This document shows, one piece after another, positions 58,964 through 64,000 of a stretch of DNA of 64,000 bases. The position numbers and the translations under genes were made by a program. Under the pieces are notes generated by a model that made no database searches, was not told where the DNA came from, and saw nothing but the letters and a program-made list of their open reading frames with translations. This stretch comes from Selaginella moellendorffii. Its lineage: Eukaryota; Plantae; Lycopodiophyta. Position 1 is the first letter of the stretch, and each line of letters begins with the position of its first letter. The DNA lies in NCBI RefSeq assembly GCF_000143415.4, contig NW_003314264.1, forward strand, positions 3,523,229-3,587,228, written 5' to 3'.

Positions 58964-61900
58964 TGTAAGTGATTAAATTTTTCAATCACTTAACCATGTT
59001 CTTAACCACTTAGAGTAGTCTTACTCACCATTAGATTAACACCATCCTCTCCTTTAGTCCCTATTAAATTTTTCTCTATTCATGGTAGTGGTTGCCAACA
59101 CCACCATTGATCTAGGGTTTGAAAGCCCATCCACTAACCTTTCCTAACTTTTAAGATTTCCTCACCATATAACTATACCTTTAATTACCAAATTAATCCT
59201 TTTTCTTTCCATAGTCTAGGACATTAGGATAACATTTCAAAACACTATGGCCCATTATAAGCTTTATAAGTACTCCCCCCACCTTCCACTATTAAGGTGC
59301 CCCAACCATATGGCTAAAGCAAGGTTTTGATGAGCCACACAAAATATCCAAATAGATAATGCCACCCATATTTGAATTGGAAATATTAACCATCCAATCT
59401 TTCGAAGGAGTTAGAGTCAACTTTAGAACACTTTACCAAGTTACCCCATTAATCCATTTATATTCATTTTAACTTTGGACTCTTTAGTGAGATACTTATT
59501 ATTCTCATACTTGGATTTCATGATCCTCCCTATCCTTTATAAGGTATAACACACTTCAGTCCAAATACTTCCACCAATCCTTTAGAACTATTCTTTGATT
59601 TTATTTGAGTCATCCAACTTTTGGACTTTGTTAATCTAATAACCTATAATGTTCTAGCCTCATGGATACTTTTGAGGTGCCAGCTCACTAGAACATTGTT
59701 TCTTGTATTCATATCCTACTTACAAGGATTATCTTTGCAAATGTTATTCTGACACTTGATTCTTTGTTCCATATGAGTTATTTTTGCCTTTTAAGATTAT
59801 TTGTCCATGTGATGAAAATATTGACTCATCCTCTAAGTACACTCCTAACTTCTTGGGTTGTTCTAGCATTTATTAAAGGTAGCCCCAGCTACTATTTCAA
59901 GGACCTATATCCTCTTCTATATTTGACCTCCCATAATAATTAATTTTTATCTCAAATTTAGTTTTCCTCAAAAAGTTGAGGATGTGATCCAAATGAATAT
60001 TTCACTTAGCAAACTGGCTAATGTGTTTGTGGTAAACAACTATAGTTGGGATTATAAGAAGGATGAAAACTCCATAACAATAAAGGAGTCATAAAATTAT
60101 TCTTATAGTGCTCATCTTTATACTATTCCTAAATCCCAAAGTTATTCCTTTATTGACCCCTTTTTATCCACCATATTATTTATATATTCATGTATTAACT
60201 AAAATGGAGAGTTATGCTATCTTGACATGCTACTCCTCAAAGATAAGCCCACTTCTAGAGCCTTCCGATACCAATACAGTGGTGATATACTTAACCACCA
60301 ATTAAGAGTCAAATTAAGGAATAGTTCCATTACCAAATTGTAAGTGATTAAATTTTCCATTCTACTTTAATCATTTAACCACACATTTGGCCAATTGGAA
60401 AAGTCTCACTCATAACTTTTATAAAATTTATTCCAGATCTAAGAACTTACTAACCCCATGAATAGCATCTATGCCACTCAGCCTTTGCATTTGGTCTAAG
60501 TGCTCCATATATCTAATCCCATAATCAACACCCAAAGATACTACTGACATATTAATTTATTATATTAAGGCCATATCCAATTTACCATTGTCTTATTGGT
60601 AGTTCTAGACCACATATACTATAGTCCTATCTCTCAAAAACTAAGCTATCTGTTCATGAGTGGTCATTCCAAAACCACTCCTTAACATTCTTAAGATGTC
60701 TAGCAACATAAGGAATAACCTTTCCCAACATCTCTTTTTTGGTCCCCACCAAGTCCTTTTATGTCCTCGGCCATGTTTGCCAACATTGCTATTGGGTTAG
60801 GGCTCAAAAGGCCCACCTTCTACCTTTGGGTGCCCTAGCTATATGGCTAGAGCGAGGTTTCGATGATTTATGCCACATATCCAAGTAAGTAGTACCACCC
60901 ACACTTAGATTGGGAGCATTGACCATTTAATCTCCCAGGGGAGCTAGAGTTAGGTCTTAAATAACTTCATTAAGTTACCCCATTTGTCCATCCTTATTCA
61001 CTTTAGTCTTAGACTACTTAATAGTTATATTATCACATATCACATAAGTATAGCTTTCCTTGATCACACTAGCCTTCTCTGGCCAAATTGGCTCCACTAG
61101 AGTCCTCCCCCTACTATACTTTGGAGTTCACCAAACCTTGTAGGGTTTGGGAGATGATCGCTTTAGGCTTTCACCCTTGAACTTGAAATTGGACTCAGAC
61201 TCGAACTCGAACTCGGATTCGGTCTCAAATTTAGTCTTGGGCTCAATTTTGATTTTGATCTTAATCTCGGTTTTGGTCTCTTTCTCAACCTTGACCTCGG
61301 ACTCCATCTCAGGTCCATCTCGAACTCGATCTCAAACTCCATCTCGGGTCCATCTTGGACTCCATCTTGGGTCCAACTTAAACTCTATCTCGGTCCATCT
61401 TGAACTCCATCTTGGGTCCATCTCACGTCCATCTTGGATCTATATCGGACTCCATCTTGGACTCCATCTCAGGTCCATCTTGGGTCTATATTAAACTCCA
61501 TTTTGGACTCCATTTCGGATCTATCTTAGGTTCATATCAATCTTCATCTCGGATTGCATCTTAAACTCTATCTTGGATTCTTTTTCATACTCTTTTTCGA
61601 ACTCGTTCTTGACACTTCTATATGTTACGACACTTGCCATATGTCAATCTTTCTTATGTCATTTTTTAAAGACTCATTCACTGATTGCTTCATGCTCATT
61701 CCTCAAGCACTTTATTCAGAATTCCACTCCCACTTTTGACTTTTCAAGTTAGAGTTTTTAGTCTAAATATAATACACTTGTTAGACTTTCACTTCAACCA
61801 CTACCATGTGGCACCTTTTTTGCTCCACTTTGAGGCTTAAGAATTTGTATCTCACACTAAGGATGCTTAACCTTTAATATCCCAAGACTATTAACCAATT

Positions 61901-62015
61901 GGAAAAAAAAGGGTGCACTTTTATTTATGGGCCCTTTCTTTCTATGTTTGAATTATATGGAATATCTTTGAAGTTGTCTTCTTTGATTATTTACAATCCA
62001 TTATACTTTCTTACA
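58964..62015 (-). mobile_element. Old, diverged LTR-like sequences related to LTR-A (about 58964-59724 and 60339-62015)
   Basis: Both start TGTAAGTGATTAAATTTT and end CTTACA. They share a block (59290-59480 vs 60830-61015), with PBS-like remnants at 60263 and 60325 and a ggactccatct tandem array at 61190-61580. Confidence 0.6.
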
Positions 62016-63837
62016 AGTTCACGCCATTGTGAAAAAAAGCTGAAGTTATAACTCTTCTGAGAGCCCTGCTCTCTTGACACCCTACCCTTTGAGTTGAGCC
62101 CAACCAAAGCAAATTAAACTTGCCAAATATCACTTAATATGTAATGCAATTCCCCCAACCAACCAATAGAGTTAGATCTAAGACCCCCTTTGATAACAAA
62201 TGTAATCTTCTGAGTTTAGACTTCCTAGGAAGTCCAAATTCATTAGCTTATACCACTATACCAATTTTTCTAATAGAACCACTAGATATCAATTTCAATA
62301 TATAATGTGATTCTTTTAACCAATAAAGTTGAATCTAAAACTTTTTTAATATAACTACTAGATATTAAACCTTTGTAAGTAACCAAAGAAAACAACTTGA
62401 GAATTAATTTATATGGGTTTAAATATAGAGGGAAATTACTCATGAATAAAGATGTACATTTTTTTCTAATTAATTAATGCTTATTGGTGGGTTTGAATAG
62501 TACTGGGCTGGGTGAGTGGTCTTAGGATATATTTAGTATTAGAGTGGTTTTGGGTTTAACTCTGTTAGTTAACTGAAGGAATCATGTCACTTGTTGAGAT
62601 TGATATATTACTATTAATTTACTATTGTTGTATTATGATATCTAGGGTTAAGTGTCCTTGAGTTTAAGTAATAGTGTGGTCACTACAATTAATCTGATAA
62701 GTATAATTACTTAGCAAGGTTTTAAGATATTTAAGGTTAAGTGTCATTGGTTTTGAGTAGTACTAGAGTCATTACACTTAGAAGGAGGAGCTTACCAACT
62801 TCTTTAATATTAAAGATAAGTTTCTGAATTTGAACTTCTTAAAATGTTATATATAATATTATTCAAACCCAAGTATTCTAAGACCAAAAAATTATACTTT
62901 TATTAATGAACCCTTCTCTAAAATTATTGTTTTTGATTGCTTATAGATTAAAATATAATATACTTATTTTGATATGCTTTGAATTACAAAAATAAAAAAT
63001 TGTATTGATCATCCAAAAATACCCTACAACAACTTTATATTTTATAGGTTTTTTTTTTATCAAAGAGTTATCTATGTATATAAAAAATTGCACAATTTAC
63101 AAATTTAACTTATGGTTTCCTCCATCAACATCCATATATATATATAAAAACTTATACATCAAGCAGCCAATCATAGTTATGCAATTTACAAATTGCACAC
63201 TCTAGGTAGAAGGAGCTACCCAGGGCAAGTGAGGAGGAGCACAAAGATGGCAAGAAGTGGAACACTGTAAGATAATCCAAATTGCATTCTTGCATCCATC
63301 AGACTCATGTTTCAAGATGACCACCACAAGATTATCAAAGATAGATAGAGAGAGATTTTATGGTAGTGATTTCAGTTCTGGTGGCAGCACATCATTCCCT
63401 GCTCCAGTCAACTTTTACTTTTATCTCACTCTGCCATTGTCAATACCATACAGAGAGCCGTGAGAGTTTTGTCTGAAGATGACACACTCCCGAACGTATG
63501 CGTCACGTCAATAGCTTTTGCTACCTGTGATTTCTGTCGAAACTACAGTGAAGACAATCTGAATTGCTGAGCAAGAGAAAAAATTGTCCGGAAGCCGTAT
63601 GAGTTTTCCTTGCAGGAATGGTCTTCATTTTGGAAGGGCTTCTACACGGAACTTTCCTGAGGGAGCGAGCGAGCACGCTGAGAGGGAGGGAGCGAGCACG
63701 CTGAGAGCAAAGCTTAAAAAAGAAACCAAAAAAAAAAAAGAGGAAAAACTGCGCGTGCTTTATATTTACGAACCGCTGCGTGAGTGAGTGAAGGCCCACG
63801 AAAGAATAACGAGGAACGAACGAGCGGCGCACGATCA

Positions 63838-63931
63838 CTACCTCCGCCTCTTTTGCAGCTCACTCTCCCAGCTCGCCAAAGCTCGCCGCATCCCAGACAC
63901 AAAGTCGTCAACTATAGCACGGATCTCGGCA
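63838..63931 (-). CDS. Terminal exon of a gene that starts beyond the window (…AEIRAIVDDFVSGMRRALASWESELQKRRR*)
   Basis: A G|GTAAGT donor at the window edge, a pyrimidine-rich intron 63999-63932 ending ACAG, and an open frame to TAG. Confidence 0.5.
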
Positions 63932-64000
63932 CTGTCACAGTGAAGGCGACATAGATTGAGCTCTCAAACAAAGAGAAAAGAGAAGTTTGATAAACTTACC

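Noticed and set aside
61190-61580. CRISPR-like array
   Set aside because: Short degenerate tandem units with no unique spacers, in eukaryotic LTR DNA.
62201-62776. Possible additional solo LTR (TGTAA...TTACA after a PBS-like remnant)
   Set aside because: No TSD and no second copy in the window.

Overview
This is plant nuclear DNA. The ~50-bp introns, ultra-compact gene spacing and PLS-type PPR genes rich in 31-aa motifs suggest a lycophyte such as Selaginella (inference). The first 25 kb is a retrotransposon nest. An old LTR hosts element B, a young non-coding LTR element (877-22081, TSD TTGTC). Element B in turn hosts element A, a very young head-to-tail dimer (LTR-I-LTR-I-LTR, 2463-16378, one TSD GGCGG) of a chromodomain-bearing Ty3/gypsy. 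The most striking observation is that the integrase of both A copies is interrupted by two short canonical GT-AG spliceosomal introns (47 and 52 bp). Splicing them exactly restores YHPQT-D-GQTER and TQR-FAGPY. Unspliced RNA would encode an integrase lacking the catalytic Glu and the chromodomain, yet the introns persist in an element that replicates through RNA. The element's 3' UTR is densely structured and contains two tRNA T-loop/B-box hairpins. The rest of the window holds an MFT-like PEBP gene, an AP2/ERF, four PPR genes plus a PPR pseudogene, organellar RPS13, a small HSP, a YacP/NYN gene and a RING-vWA gene. It also holds decayed gypsy remnants and an LTR-derived foldback. All alignments were made by eye.
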